Shown piece by piece: positions 13,090 to 26,050 of a stretch of DNA of 64,000 nt. The stretch lies in contig OZ024742.1 of NCBI GenBank assembly GCA_964016885.1, forward strand, positions 97,216,001 to 97,280,000. The letters are read 5' to 3'. The stretch is from Eledone cirrhosa (lineage: Eukaryota). A program made the position numbers and the translations under genes. The notes under the pieces are model-generated. The model had not been told where the DNA came from and searched no databases. It saw only the letters and a list, made by a program, of their open reading frames with translations. Positions within the stretch are counted from its first letter, which is position 1. Every line of letters starts with the position of its first letter.

Positions 13090-13520
13090 TAATGCGCTAG
13101 CTTCAGCAATTTGTCATCAGAAGTACGTGTAAAAGCTAAACTCGCTATCTTCAATTCGGTATTCATGCCAAACCTTACCTATGGTGATGAATGATGGGTA
13201 ATAACCGAACAAATATGATCGCGATTACAAGCGGCTGAAATAGGATTCCTCCAATTGGTCTTTGAATTAATGTTACTCGATCGAGTGAGTGGCTTGGGGA
13301 TCAGAGAGTCAATCCAGGTTGAGCTGCTCTTTACAGGCAAAAGCATTGACAGGGGACCCAGGAGTAGAACCCAGCAAGAATGTTGGATAATATCCAAGAG
13401 CTCGGCTGGTCTCACTTGGTAATCTAGCAGGATCAATTAGAAACGGTTGCTTCTGACAGGACCCACTGGATGGCGCTCTTGTGAATTCTAACCCCATGTC
13501 TCACCTAGAGCGAAGAAGAA
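13090..13520 (+). mobile_element. RTE-clade LINE 3' fragment
   Basis: AKLAIFNSVFMPNLTYGDE*WV..RLQAAEIGFL; GAAGAAGAAG near the end. Confidence 0.8.
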
Positions 13521-13957
13521 GTGTAAACCCTATTAAAAACAATGCGGAATACAACGCGTAGAAGACAGTAGAACACACGTGGTAAGCTCAGTGTTATTAC
13601 CATTATAAATTAGGATATCAATACCGAAAACAAAAATAAACGTTGATTATTTTATAGGGGATATATTTATCTATAAACTTCCCATTATAAATGTATGCCT
13701 TAATTTTGGTAACGTTATGTGTCAAAAACCAGCTTAATATTCGGAAAATTATATGATAATGTCAAAGAGCTATTTTTAAGAGTTTATATCTAAAATCACT
13801 TAGCATAATTTTATGTAAGAAGATGTTATGTACCACACGCCAGCTTAATCATAGAAAATTTACGAAGTCCTTTCAAGTTCTTGATTACTATCAAAATTAT
13901 TTGAGAATTATAGTCTTTCATTAAAAATATGTTAAAACGACAGAGGTCAATAAACAT

Positions 13958-13979
13958 GTTGCTAAGCAACATGACGTCA
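13958..13979. promoter_or_regulatory. adjacent RFX X-box-like palindrome and CRE
   Basis: GTTGCTAAGCAAC (13958-13970) 1 bp from TGACGTCA (13972-13979) in apparently non-repetitive DNA; motif match only. Confidence 0.35.
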
Positions 13980-14202
13980 GTGGTGAAGACGTTTTCCGTT
14001 CTTTCTTCCCTTCAATACTTGCCGTTTAGTGGTGAAGCTGCTCAGCTTAAGGATATGACTTTGACTGTCGACGGCACCTTATGTACTCAGGCACGACTTT
14101 TGTTTTACATTGCTCAAGTCCACTTCTCTGAAAACATATATATAAAAGCGATATTTAAAAAAAAGTGATATTTTTCTCGTTGACATCTTTATCACACACA
14201 CA

Positions 14203-14291
<89 letters not shown>

Positions 14292-14295
<4 letters not shown>

Positions 14296-14430
14296 GGCTT
14301 CTACAGGACTAGAACTGTTTCATTCGAAGGAAATCATCAATAAAAGCCATTTCTATATTAAATATTTATACTCTGCTATGTATTGAGTACCTTACTTGCT
14401 GTGGCTACTCCCCGATAGAACCCGGGATAC
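14292..14430 (+). mobile_element. truncated HHR element with inverted 5' piece, between (TA)n and (CA)n
   Basis: Minus 14340-14309 reads UUGAUGA-uUUC CUUC GAAu-GAAA-CAG-UU-CUAG; AAGCCATT is present in both orientations; same family fragment at about 60925-60950. Confidence 0.6.
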
Positions 14431-14432
14431 AT

Positions 14433-14521
<89 letters not shown>

Positions 14522-14523
<2 letters not shown>

Positions 14524-14682
14524 AAAAATATGTCAACGAGAAAAATATCACTTTTTTTAAAATATCACTTTTAAAATGTGATTTATTGGAATCAGAGGTA
14601 ATATATTTAAGAGATTTCAATAAAACACTTTTTAAAAGTGATATTTAAAAAAAGACGATGTTTTCTCGTTGAAATCTTTTTC
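14522..14682. repeat. about 160-bp fold-back with ~50-bp imperfect arms (MITE-like); third arm copy at 14143-14190
   Basis: GAAAAATATGTCAACGAGAAAAATATCACTTTTTTT vs AAAAAAAGACGATGTTTTCTCGTTGAAATCTTTTTC. Confidence 0.65.
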
Positions 14683-16060
14683 TTGATTCATAAGATCCAA
14701 TCGTATGTGTTTATACAACTCTCTGCTGAGGTAATTTTCCTCAGACATATTGTTGATGAAACACTCGTTGATTACACTCAGCCTTTACTGCTTACAGTTC
14801 TGAATGAATTATGTTTGTTTATACCGTTTATATAGATAGTTAAGATTATATTTGCCACAAACTCTGTGTAGCGTTGATGATATGATATGAAACATTGTCC
14901 TTTTGGCTTGTAAAACGTAATTCTATCTTTCCCTAAGTCAGCTGCAAAGTTCGTCTAAATTAGAAAAGATAATTGGAAAAAGAAACAACGTTACAAAGAT
15001 AGATTTTTTTACGGAAATTGTTAATAAATATAACGGTAACTCTATGCGAAAGATAACTTGCCACGCAAGGGTAAATACTTACCTAGACATATCATATACA
15101 TCAACAAATTCTTCCTCATTTTCTAAACTTTCTGATACTTCCCTTACTCTACCCAGTCACTCACCCTTACATAAGTCTGTTTGACTTGTAAACTAATGAT
15201 CTGAGAAAAAAGAAAGAAAATCCAAGTTCTTTCTCTAATTATGAACGGCGTCAACACTAACAACAATAACAACAACAACAATAATAGTCTAGCTGTACGA
15301 TAACGTCCGCCAGAAAACTATTTACATAAATGTCTCAGAAACTTTTTAGTTAAACTGTAACGACGAGACACCGCTTAAATTTCTCTTTGATAATCATATA
15401 TAACTCGCAACGAAACCTAGAAGCAGCAATTGAAAATCACACAGACACACGCACATACAGTATTCACATATACATATACGCACTCATATGCTCATACATA
15501 TACAAAGATCCATAAGAAAATTCACGCATATAATAGATATGAATTCAGATAGTCAAATACACAAGCAGACACAAACGTCATATTTCGATACGTCAAGACA
15601 CATCAAGACACGCAACTCACACACAAACCCCGACAAGCATCATCCACCAGCCCCGTTATTATCAAACTGTATACAAATATGAATATATTTGAAAGCATGT
15701 TTAGCTGAGCAGAAAGGTTGGCAAGAGAAGATCAAAACAAAAAAGACAAAAGCAAAAACAAATTAATAATAATAACAACTAGATGTATGCAGCTATACAC
15801 ACGAATACACAGAAAATATAAAATAACCAAATAAAAATAAAAATTGCAAACGAAACCAAAATGGCCACCAACAAATATTCTCTTTCTTTCGCAATATTAA
15901 TTTTTTTCTTTCTTCCATTTTACATAATTTCATAGTTTCAGTTAAAATGGATTTTTGTCATTGCAGTAAATTGTACTTAAGATTATGAATGTGACGTTTG
16001 TTTCCTTTAGTTTTATATCATTTTTCCTATTATTATTATTATTATTATTATCATTATTAT

Positions 16061-16116
<56 letters not shown>

Positions 16117-16215
16117 TTTTCGCTTTGACATTTTCATTTGGCGTAGTCAAAGAATATTAAATATAATCATTGATGAAGCTCAGATTTCATTTCAATTACG
16201 ATGTATTTTATATAA

Positions 16216-16277
<62 letters not shown>

Positions 16278-16279
16278 AT

Positions 16280-17560
16280 AACTTCTTTATTAACCACAAA
16301 AGGGTTTACAAAAATACATTAAGGACAGCACAGGACGGTACAAATATGGGTTTTTGTTGAGTAAAAAAACGAAAAAAAAAAGAAACAAAAACAAAGGATA
16401 TAACAAAAAAAGAATTGTACCAAAGAAAAATATCCCCAATGGTGGGGCGGAGATCATCGAGGGTTACTCGTGGAGAAAGCTCACAAAAGCCACGGTCAAC
16501 CTGACCGCTAGGGCAAGCGCCCACTGCCAGTTATCCTTCTTCAATACTACAGGCACACACTCAGGGCAGGCCCACATACACGGGCCATTGTTGCCTTTCT
16601 CACCCACCATTCAAAAGACTGGCTGGAAGGCAGCTCTTCCCTATCCACCCTGATTTTTTTCTTTTTAGATGAAACCTGAAAAGGTTAATGAGAGCGTTTC
16701 CAGAGAGGAAAATGCCCGTCTTCAACCATTTCAGACGCCTCCACATGATGACTTTTTTTTTACCATGGCCACTCGGCAGATAAAACCTGTCTACTCTTCC
16801 TTGTTAAAGGAGGGTGGTGAGGTAATCTTCGTGATGGCCCTAGTGGATAGACGGATCCGTCCTACACGCGAGAGCAGATGTTCGACATGGATTCACAAAT
16901 CAACGATACTCGGAAATCTCCCGAAAGAGAATAGCTAGTTAGCTTTCCTCGACACCCAAGGTTTCCCCAAGTATGTCATCGTTCTTGCCCTCCACTAACC
17001 CTCTATAGAACACCAAGGTGTCCCTTCCACAAAAAGTGACAGACCAAACGCTCCAGTGTAGTCAGATGAGGCTTAGGACAAGGCACGATGGTCAGGTGGT
17101 AGTAGACGACGTACGTGTTCGCCACTTCTACCTGACCATTCAAGAATAGCTTTCTCTAGGCCCATTTCTTGGTGAGAGAAGTCACTGTGCTCGTCATCTC
17201 GTCACTGTTTTTGTCAATCTTGAGGTTAAGGCCAAACCAGACCCTTAGTAATTTAACCGGTCCGTCCGCCCAGTGCCAGACGACGCTGGTCGACGGTATC
17301 GAATTACCTCTCCAGGTACCGAGCCACAGGCCCACCGACTTTTCTTGGTTAATCTTTGATTTTGTCACCACCTCGTATCATTTTAGAGTAGTGCCGATCA
17401 TCTCGATGTGTTTATGTTCCACACCACTGCGGTGACGTCGTAGGCATAAGCTGTCTCGGTTCTCCCGCATCCCAGTTTACATGGGATTCCGCTCAACATC
17501 GCGAGTTTGTGCAGTAAGGGCAATAGAGTCAATACATACAATAGGGACGAGAAGGGACAA
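16280..17560 (-). mobile_element. Tx1/L1-like LINE, decayed and internally deleted
   Basis: PLLYVLTLLPLL, AYAYDVT (YADD-like), KINQEKSVGLWLGTW; 3' end AATAAAGAAG running into (TAC)n. Confidence 0.8.
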
Positions 17561-17689
17561 CATGTTGTGTTATATGTAATTTAGGAGTTTTTTGTTCTTT
17601 GTGCCTATCACTGTGAATTGTCTGGTGGTAGGACATCGGGAAGGGGCATACACTCCACTGGCATTGGGCGTGCTGTTGGTGGTAATGGA

Positions 17690-18360
17690 CTAGTGTCGAT
17701 ATAATCGACTTTTCCCTTTACCTCAAAACTACTGGTTTTGTGCCTAAATTAGAAACCATTATTGTTATGAGAATAGTGTTACGGCTCTTTATGTTCTTAG
17801 TTCAAATCTTGCCGAGGTTAGCTTTCTTCAACCATACAGGGATCGATGAAATAAAGCACCAGTTATTTTCTGGGGTTGATTTATTTGACTTTCCCTAATA
17901 ACTTTTGGCTTGTGCTAAAAGTAGAAAAATATGAGGGAAGTGGATTGCCAGTGTCATTAGAGTGCGAAAGAAATGCTTAGCAATATTTTTTTTCTCTCTC
18001 TTTACTTTCTGTGCTCACATCCCACCGAGTTTAAATTTGTCTTTCATCTTTTTCAGATCGATAAAATAAAATGCCACTGTTTTATTGGAGTTGATTTAAT
18101 CGATTTTCTGCTTCCCACAAATTGCAGTTCTTGTGCCGAGATTAGAAATCATTATCATTATTTTATTAGGGCGGAGGATTGGCAGAATCGTTAGTGCATC
18201 GGATGAAATGAATAAGAATATTTTGCGATTAACCTCTAAGGATTTGTTTCAAATCCCGCCGAGGACAACTTCGTCTGTTATCATTTGAGGTAGATATAAT
18301 AAATTACCAGTCAAATACTAGGATTAATATAATTGATCTTACCTTTTTCCAAGTTTGTAG
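17690..18360 (+). mobile_element. cluster of about four old SINE family A copies
   Basis: Repeated degenerate TTCAAATC..GCCGAG..ATAAAATAAA..CCAG bodies. Confidence 0.75.
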
Positions 18361-19084
18361 GCCTTATCGCTGGCCTATTCTTCAATTAGAAATCGTTATT
18401 GGTGTTAGAAACGATTATTATTGTTGTTGTTGTTATTATTCCTATTTGGAAGGTGTGTAGAAATGATAAAAATAAATAAAGGAAGTCAATGAACGAGACA
18501 GTTTCGCATACACATTTCCACCTTTCAGCTCCCATACCGGCAGTGGTTTCACACGATTTAACCGAGAACACCACATAAAATTATCGGTTCGTGCAACAGA
18601 AAAAAGTAAATATTTCTGCTGGTATGATGTGTGCGCGATAAAACAAACAGAACAGATAGACAAACAAACAGATCAGAGAGGAAATTAAAATTCGCCGTAT
18701 TGGAATCAAATCACCGCTAGAAAGGACAGCAAAATCCCTGATGCGGTATAAGTAGCAGCAAGACAGCAGAATCAGCAAATAGAAGGGAGAAGAGAAGAGC
18801 TAGCAAACGCAATTCATACCACTAATACGTACTATTCCTTATCCTCCGCCTCTCACAATCATTCCAATATTTCATCTGCCTTTCACCCACCCACATCGCA
18901 GATTTTCTCTTTTGCTTCACCGACCACTAGCCACAGATTTATGTCCGTTCAGGTATTTTTACCCGACCGTTGTAATTGATAGCATATGGATGTTTTAACA
19001 GGTATTCTTGCTTTGAGTTTTCTAATTTTTTTATGGATTCGAATATACTCACGCTTCGTCTCGATCTTCGATATATATATATAT

Positions 19085-19495
19085 CCGGGAGAGATGACCC
19101 CTTAGCCTTTGTCAAGGCAGAATTCTAGGAGAAGGAAAACTCTGATATAACACCTGCAACCCTGATGGTATCCAATGATGTTGACTTGTTCTTCTTTTTG
19201 GTAAATATCATCTTGGTTAAGAGAGTGGGACTGGCTTTGTGCAGTGCCTTTGCTCACTATAAAAGCTTCACGGCACAGGCATTGCTTTATATCTGGAGGT
19301 CTCTCTGCACTTGTCCTCACATGGTACCATGGGCCCAGCACTATGTGTCAATAATTGTCACAAGTGTAGTGTTTGTACCAGAGTTTTCAATACGCTGGCT
19401 GGACTAAAAAGTCACACTCGTTCAGCGCATCGGTAGGCGTTCTCCTACATGGATATAAAGTAGTGGCCGTACTCGAAAACGAGTTGGCAGCCACC
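19085..19495 (+). mobile_element. short bipartite RTE-derived non-autonomous element in (TA)n
   Basis: RTE 5'UTR-like CTAGGAGAAGGAAAACTCTGA plus C-terminal C2H2 finger HKCSVCTRVFNTLAGLKSHTRSAHR* (19359-19436) and 3' stem ACTCG-AAAA-CGAGT. Confidence 0.65.
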
Positions 19496-19532
19496 ATATA
19501 TATATATATGTATATATATATATTTATATATT

Positions 19533-19559
<27 letters not shown>

Positions 19560-19564
<5 letters not shown>

Positions 19565-19664
19565 TTCAAAAGATTAATAAATGAGAAATATTGTCATAAC
19601 TAAAGTATATATTTTATTATGCATATTTCAAAGGTACAATGGTGTTTCGGTACGTTTTCATCAG

Positions 19665-19665
<1 letters not shown>
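19560..19665 (-). mobile_element. ~105-bp HHR-element remnant between (TA)n tracts
   Basis: Minus strand CUGAUGA..GAAACA-CCAU-UGUA; helix II incomplete and helix I 5' strand missing. Confidence 0.45.
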
Positions 19666-19739
<74 letters not shown>

Positions 19740-19740
19740 A

Positions 19741-19776
<36 letters not shown>

Positions 19777-20066
19777 ATCCTCGTCGCCACCGTTTAACGT
19801 CCATCTTCCACGCTAGCATGGGCTAGACGATTTTGTTCCATTTGATGCGGTAATGGTTGGGAGACCGTGTCTTGCACGTACACATATATAAATTGACTTT
19901 TCAATCATATATATATGTAAGCTACCCTTGTATTGCCCCCTCATTCTGCACCCCTGTGACAAACATTTTTACCAACTATTCGCTTTTTTTTTAATAATTT
20001 TTACACAGCCATATATAAGAACCCCCACACAAACACACATACACACACACACACACAGTCACACAT

Positions 20067-20755
20067 TGTTTGTGCCGTCCTAATCATCTGTGGGCCCTTG
20101 TGGCAAATAAAAAACGACGAAACCGCCCTGCATGCACTCGTCCAGTGTCCGAGCATTGCTGACTTGTGGGTTTATGTCGAACACCTGCTGTCGCGTGTAG
20201 AACGGATCCGATTATCAGCTGAGTCCATCGTGAGGATTGCCCCGCCCTCTTCCTTTAGCCGGGAAGGGCAGGCAGTTTTTATCTGTTTGGTGGCCATGGC
20301 GAAAGAGATAGTATGGTGGACACGTCTGAAAGGGCTGAAGATGAGCACTTACCTCTTCGGTGATGCCCTGATTAACCTTTTCCAATTTCATTTGAAAAGG
20401 AAAATCAGGGTAGAAAGGGAGGTGCTCTCTTTCCAGCTTTTTGTTGAAAGATGTGTGAGAGAGGCAAGAATGGCCTGAGTGAATACTCTGAGTATATGCC
20501 TGTAAATTGAAGGTGGAAAACTGGGAGAGGACAATTGCCCTGGTGGTCAGGGTCACCGTGGCTTTTTAATGGGCTTTCTCCACGATGGCCCTCGGAAGTC
20601 TCCCCCCTATTGGGGAATTTTTCATTGTTCTATTATTACATCCTCTGTTTTTTTGTTTTTTTACACGCAGAAATGCCCTTTTGTACCGTCCTGTATTGTC
20701 CTGTACTGTCCTCGATGTCTACTTTGTGTAAACTCTTGTGGTTAATAAAGAAAGC
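20067..20755 (+). mobile_element. Tx1/L1-like LINE 3' end
   Basis: Zn-knuckle-like ..DETALHALVQCPSIADLW; similar to 16280-16920 and 45290-45760; AATAAAG then (ATT)n. Confidence 0.8.
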
Positions 20756-21888
20756 ATTATTATTATTATTATCATTTTTATTGCTGTTATTTGGTGTCAG
20801 TTTTGATAGGTGAATGGTGCTACAGGGATCTTTCGTTTTCATTTTTTGTTTACACTTTGTTACATAGTTGTGTTGTTTGTTACTTACAGCAGTTATTATT
20901 AATATTATTTTTATTGTTATTATTTTTTTTTGTTATTATTGTTATTATTCGCTGCTGGTATTTCACAACCCCACCACAACTCCCGCTCCTTTCTGAACAT
21001 TAGAATGGAAAATAATATCATTACGCTTGGCATCGATACCAGAAAAGAATTGGATTCCTACAATAATGTCGCATATAAAAGAAACCCTCCCTGCATCTCA
21101 TCTGTTTCCTCCTTCTCTCTTACATTTTCTACCCTTTCCCTCCCTCTCTCTCTATCTATCTATATCTGTCTCTCTCTTTTGAAGACTTGCAAATAACCTT
21201 TACGCATACTTCGATCAAATCTTAGTCTTGTATGGCTTTACGTCACCACCACCAATCAGCCAATGAACAAACTAGTCCACCAACCGCTACACCACAGCTA
21301 ATTTTTGCCGATTCCAATACACTGTCCTTCTTTTCAAAACTTTTACTCCTACCTCCCGTGAGGCCAAACTGATAAAAGGGAATTTATGGTCTTTGATAAC
21401 AACAAAATGAATCAAATGAGGTCCGCGTGTTATGCAGAGACGAGCGGGGTTGGAGTGTCCAAGAAAGAGACAACGGGAGAAGGGTGAGATATCTGTTCTA
21501 TATAAGAAAAAAATATACATATATAAATATAAAAGCAAGGAAAATGAACTACAAAACATAACAAAAAGAAGCAGGGTTGGGTGATGTGAAATGATGTTAA
21601 AAGCTAAGGCAATTTCGAAAACCTGATTATCTGAAATGCAACTTATTTCGAATATCTGTTCGTAGGCTTTGCAGGCTTTCTTTCATTACCAATATTTCCT
21701 TGCCTGGTCAGGGAATACCAGCAGAATATGAGGTAGTTTAGACCTAAACAAAGACCCCCTGGGTTATGTAAAGGCAAATTTGTCAATGTTATCGTATTCT
21801 TTTATTCCAATTTCGTGGCAGTCCTTGACTTTTTAGACACGCTATACACACACACACACTGAAACACACACATACACTTACACGCACG

Positions 21889-21948
<60 letters not shown>

Positions 21949-22257
21949 CATACATATATATATATGCATTATATATCTAGCTAGATTACACATACACACG
22001 CACACACATACATTTATGTGTGTATGTGTGTGTATGCGGGGTGCTTGCATAATGGCTTACATTTAGCTGGTTTATTTCATTATCTCCCTTGGTGAAGGCG
22101 ATGCTGATGAGGAATGGCAATGGACTATATTCAGTAGAATTTTATGTTGGATGATTTAAAATAACCAATGTGGTTTGAGTTCAAATTCCATATATCTTCA
22201 AGTGGGTCTTAGTGGATGGTAATTAGAGACTGCTATTTTTTTTTTTTTTTTTTGTAG

Positions 22258-22608
22258 GCAGAGGGTGGTGAATTGAAAGAATCGCTAGAACGAGGGAGAA
22301 AATATTTTGCAATCATTTAGTAATTGCCCTTTATGTTTTATGTGCTGAGTTTAAATCACACCGAAGTCAACTTTGCCTTTCCTCCATCCAGGTTCAATGA
22401 AATGAAATATCAGCCAAATATTGGGATTGATACAACCGGCGTTCCACTCCACATAAATTACAGGCCTCGTGTCTAGATAAGAAATCAATTGAGTTCAAAT
22501 CCCGCCGATGTTGACTTTGCCTTTCACCCTTACGGGGTCGATAAAATAAAGTACCAGTAATGTACTGGTTTATTGCTGGCCTTGTGTCAAAAGTAGAAAC
22601 AATTATTT
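22258..22608 (+). mobile_element. old full-length plus younger truncated SINE family A copies
   Basis: Conserved body twice; AATTATT tail. Confidence 0.85.
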
Positions 22609-22865
22609 CTTATATTCAGACATTGTCTTTCCAAAGCCACCTCCTCTTTATTTTTCCATCTTGAAATTGGTAAGATATGATTTGAGGAACATTTGTATGT
22701 TATTTCTTCTTCTTCTCATTATTATCATTATTATTCGATCAGTTATTCCTGAGATGGTTTTGGCGGCACAGTCGTCAAACACTCCTTCCAGCGGGTCCTC
22801 TAAGAAACAACCGTGTCCAACTGGTCCGTCTACACCTGTAGTTTTAACAATATTAAGTGTATCTT

Positions 22866-23145
22866 AAATAAAAAATGGCGTAAACGTTACAATACAACGG
22901 AAGGAAACATAATAGTACCACTGATGATATAGCAGATGTGTGACGAAAGAACTTTGATAGACTATTTATATATATTTATATCTGTATTTCTAACCGTTGG
23001 TCAATCAATGATAAACATTGATTGCCAAATAAATTAACTATGGAGATATAAAAGATACAGAAGCGAAAACCAAACCAAACAGTGAGTGTGTTCTATTATT
23101 ATTTCTGGCAATATTCTAACAATGTGACCGTCCCCAAGTATACCA
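22866..23145 (+). mobile_element. ~280-bp HHR-like element (second copy at 42424-42704)
   Basis: Colinear similarity with 42424-42704; CTGATGA at 22921, GAAAGAACT at 22945. Confidence 0.75.
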
Positions 23146-24829
23146 ATACATGTATCTTAGATTTCCTTATATATGCTGTGGTGTGCATAAACTTTCAAAA
23201 TATAATTAATTATGCTACCGAAAGATACACATTATGTAAATTAACCAATTGTTGTTAAATTGTGTTTGATATAAATATCGTTTTATTATATTTTACTTAT
23301 TGTTCAGAAGTATAACGATATTTGTCGATCGATAATTCCAGTTCGCTGTGGAACGGGTGTAAGCAAGGTCGTTTTGATTCTATTCTGAGTAAAAAGAGAG
23401 TAACAAAAATGTATGCATTTGTTTGAATTTTCCCAGTGATGCTTATAAATTATAGTTATAATTACATTAATTTTATTTTTTCCTCTCTGTCAAGAAGCAC
23501 ATTAAACCCCAGGTATCATGTTTGGGACGAACGAGTATGCAGTTCTATATACCACAGCCTTTGAAAGACAGAATCTCCTCCACGGACAAATGGATCATTA
23601 AAAAATATTTACACCAATAATTGCAGTTGTAAATAAAGAAGAGTTGTAACAATAACAAGAACAACTATGACAACAACAACAAAAGCAATAATAAATTGAC
23701 AATGATAAAAGCAACAGTTAGATTGTCAACAATAACAGCAAATCAATAACCACTTGGCTAATTAGCATAACGTCATCCGGAGACACTCTCCTTCTACCAC
23801 TTCTACCGCTACTACAACGGTCACTGATCCTCTGAGCTTGTTGATTTCATGCCACTAACGCCTTGGTTCAGTAGACTTACACGCCTGTTCACCTCTCATC
23901 ACCCATATTTTGCCTTCGCCCTAACCTCACGTACTAACCTCTACGACCTGTGTTTTGCAACTTCAAGCGTTGGACCTCTGCAGCACTTCTCTACTTACTC
24001 TACTTAGTCATGTCTTTCCAAAGAGAGTGAACTTACGAAAGTTGAACCAGAACATTAACGATATCGATCATTTCTTCTCAGTGAACCTGTGAATGTTGTG
24101 GGCAGTGTCTCTTCCTTTAAAACTACAAGGACAAAAAAGAAAATCAGTACCAACAGTAAAAGCAACAATAGCAGCAACAAAGTTAACATTTCTCCGCAAT
24201 TTGTCCGCATCGTTCTAATTGACAACGCATTTCTTTTACGTCTTCCCATTAAAACTTCAATTTAATAGACAAACAGCACACAGTCTATTTCTTTTAACAC
24301 AACATCCAGACACAAATAATAACTTAATTACACAAACACACTCACAGACACAAGTGTGCAGAAGTTAAATTCTGACTTGCTCACGTCACATTTCATAAAA
24401 ATAAATTAAAATTCTGTAAAAAGATTTTAATAATTGTGTCGTATATTTCATTAGTCTATTCCTACACGTCCATATATATACACAAAAACACACACACCTA
24501 CGTATGTATGTTTATTAATTATACATACGCATATAAATGTGTATGTGAACACACAGACACACATATACACACAGACACACATATATTCTGTATATGAATG
24601 TAGGTGAAGTAGTCGTATCATCCGGTATAGTTGCTGAATACTAAAAGCTTTCTACATGGTATGTTATAGCATAGTCAGAGGCATAGTTAACCATACTGTA
24701 TAGGATAATATCATACCGAATGAGTGGTACAGCCGTATCATTGTAAAGTACCATAGAGATGAAGGAGTCACACTAGAGAGAGGTAACTGCTGGGACATCA
24801 AGCTGGCGGTGTGGGTTATAAATGTTACC

Positions 24830-26050
24830 GAAAGGGTTACAGCACAAATAATTAGAGATAGAAGTAAGTTAGATGGAATGCAGTTTGAATTATTCCAGTA
24901 CTAACGATGCCTTCTTCCTTGTGAGACAATTGCAGGAGAATTACTTGGCTAAAAATAAATATCTGTACCTTGTATTCGTGGAGCTGGAGAAAGCAAATGA
25001 CATGTTCCTCGCTCTGCAATCTGTTGGGTACTAAGGAAGCTAGTTGTAGATGCATGTCCCGTGAGGACCGTACAAGCCATGTACAACAGTACAACCAGCA
25101 AGTTGAGATTTGGAAATGAGAAAAGTGATGAATTAGAGGTGCAGGTGTGGTGGTGGTAGTGGGACCATACTAGGTCTCTATCCTGAGTCTACTTCTGTTT
25201 ACCATTGTTCCACAGGCCATAATAGAGAAGTGTAAGGCTTGTGCTACATGGAACACTTGTACGCTGAAGATATAGTCCTTATACTTAAATATGTTAACGA
25301 GTTAGAGGCAAGAAATCTAGAATCAAATAGCCTAAAACTAAACAGCGAAAACTAACGTCCTGGTGAGTAGGAAACAGCCCAAGAACCTGTTATTGCCAGG
25401 GAAGTGGCCTTGCTGGATATGTCGTCAATGGGAGGGCTGACATTCCATAATATTCACAAGAGATGTAGTGAGATTACAGACTGGTTATCGTTGAATATAG
25501 ACTTTGCATTTGGCAGGTGTGCAGAAGTAAACACTAAGAAGAAACGTGAAATAAATTCCCTAACATGCCTGAGAGGCTCCCTAGAAGCCGTTGATGGATT
25601 TTGTGACCTATATGACCTAATCAGCATTGGGAAAGAATACTCAGAAAGTTAAGTCAGATAAAACCGGACGGGAGGAAATTTAGGAAACCGACAACAAAGG
25701 TATGATACCTACATGCGAACTGCGATGTTACATGACAAGGAGACATCGGCCTTAACTGCTGAAGATCTGATAAGGCTAAATAGAAATGAAATGATATGCT
25801 CGAGTGGACGTAGTAAATTTGAGCTGTGAAAAAGTGTCTGTATAAGTAAAATCCAATGTAGTATGCAAGAGAAAAGTTTGTAATGGTATGATCACGAAAT
25901 GCGCATGGAAGAAGACTTCTGCATAAGGAAGTGCATAAAGCCCTCAGTGGATTGGATTGTGAAAGGGATAGATTCAGGAAAACATGGAATGAAAAGTGAA
26001 GACCGATTTTAGCTGAATCTCACGACAGTTATGACAAAGGACAGTGAGAA
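24830..26050 (+). mobile_element. decayed RTE-clade LINE (second family)
   Basis: TNDAFFLVRQLQENYLAKNKYLYLVFVELEKA, SILSLLLFTIV, LYAEDIVL (YADD-like). Confidence 0.8.

Noticed and set aside
21250-21480. CCAAT, TTTATGG and CTTTGAT motifs as an enhancer
   Set aside because: Short motifs expected by chance in AT-rich DNA; no supporting evidence.
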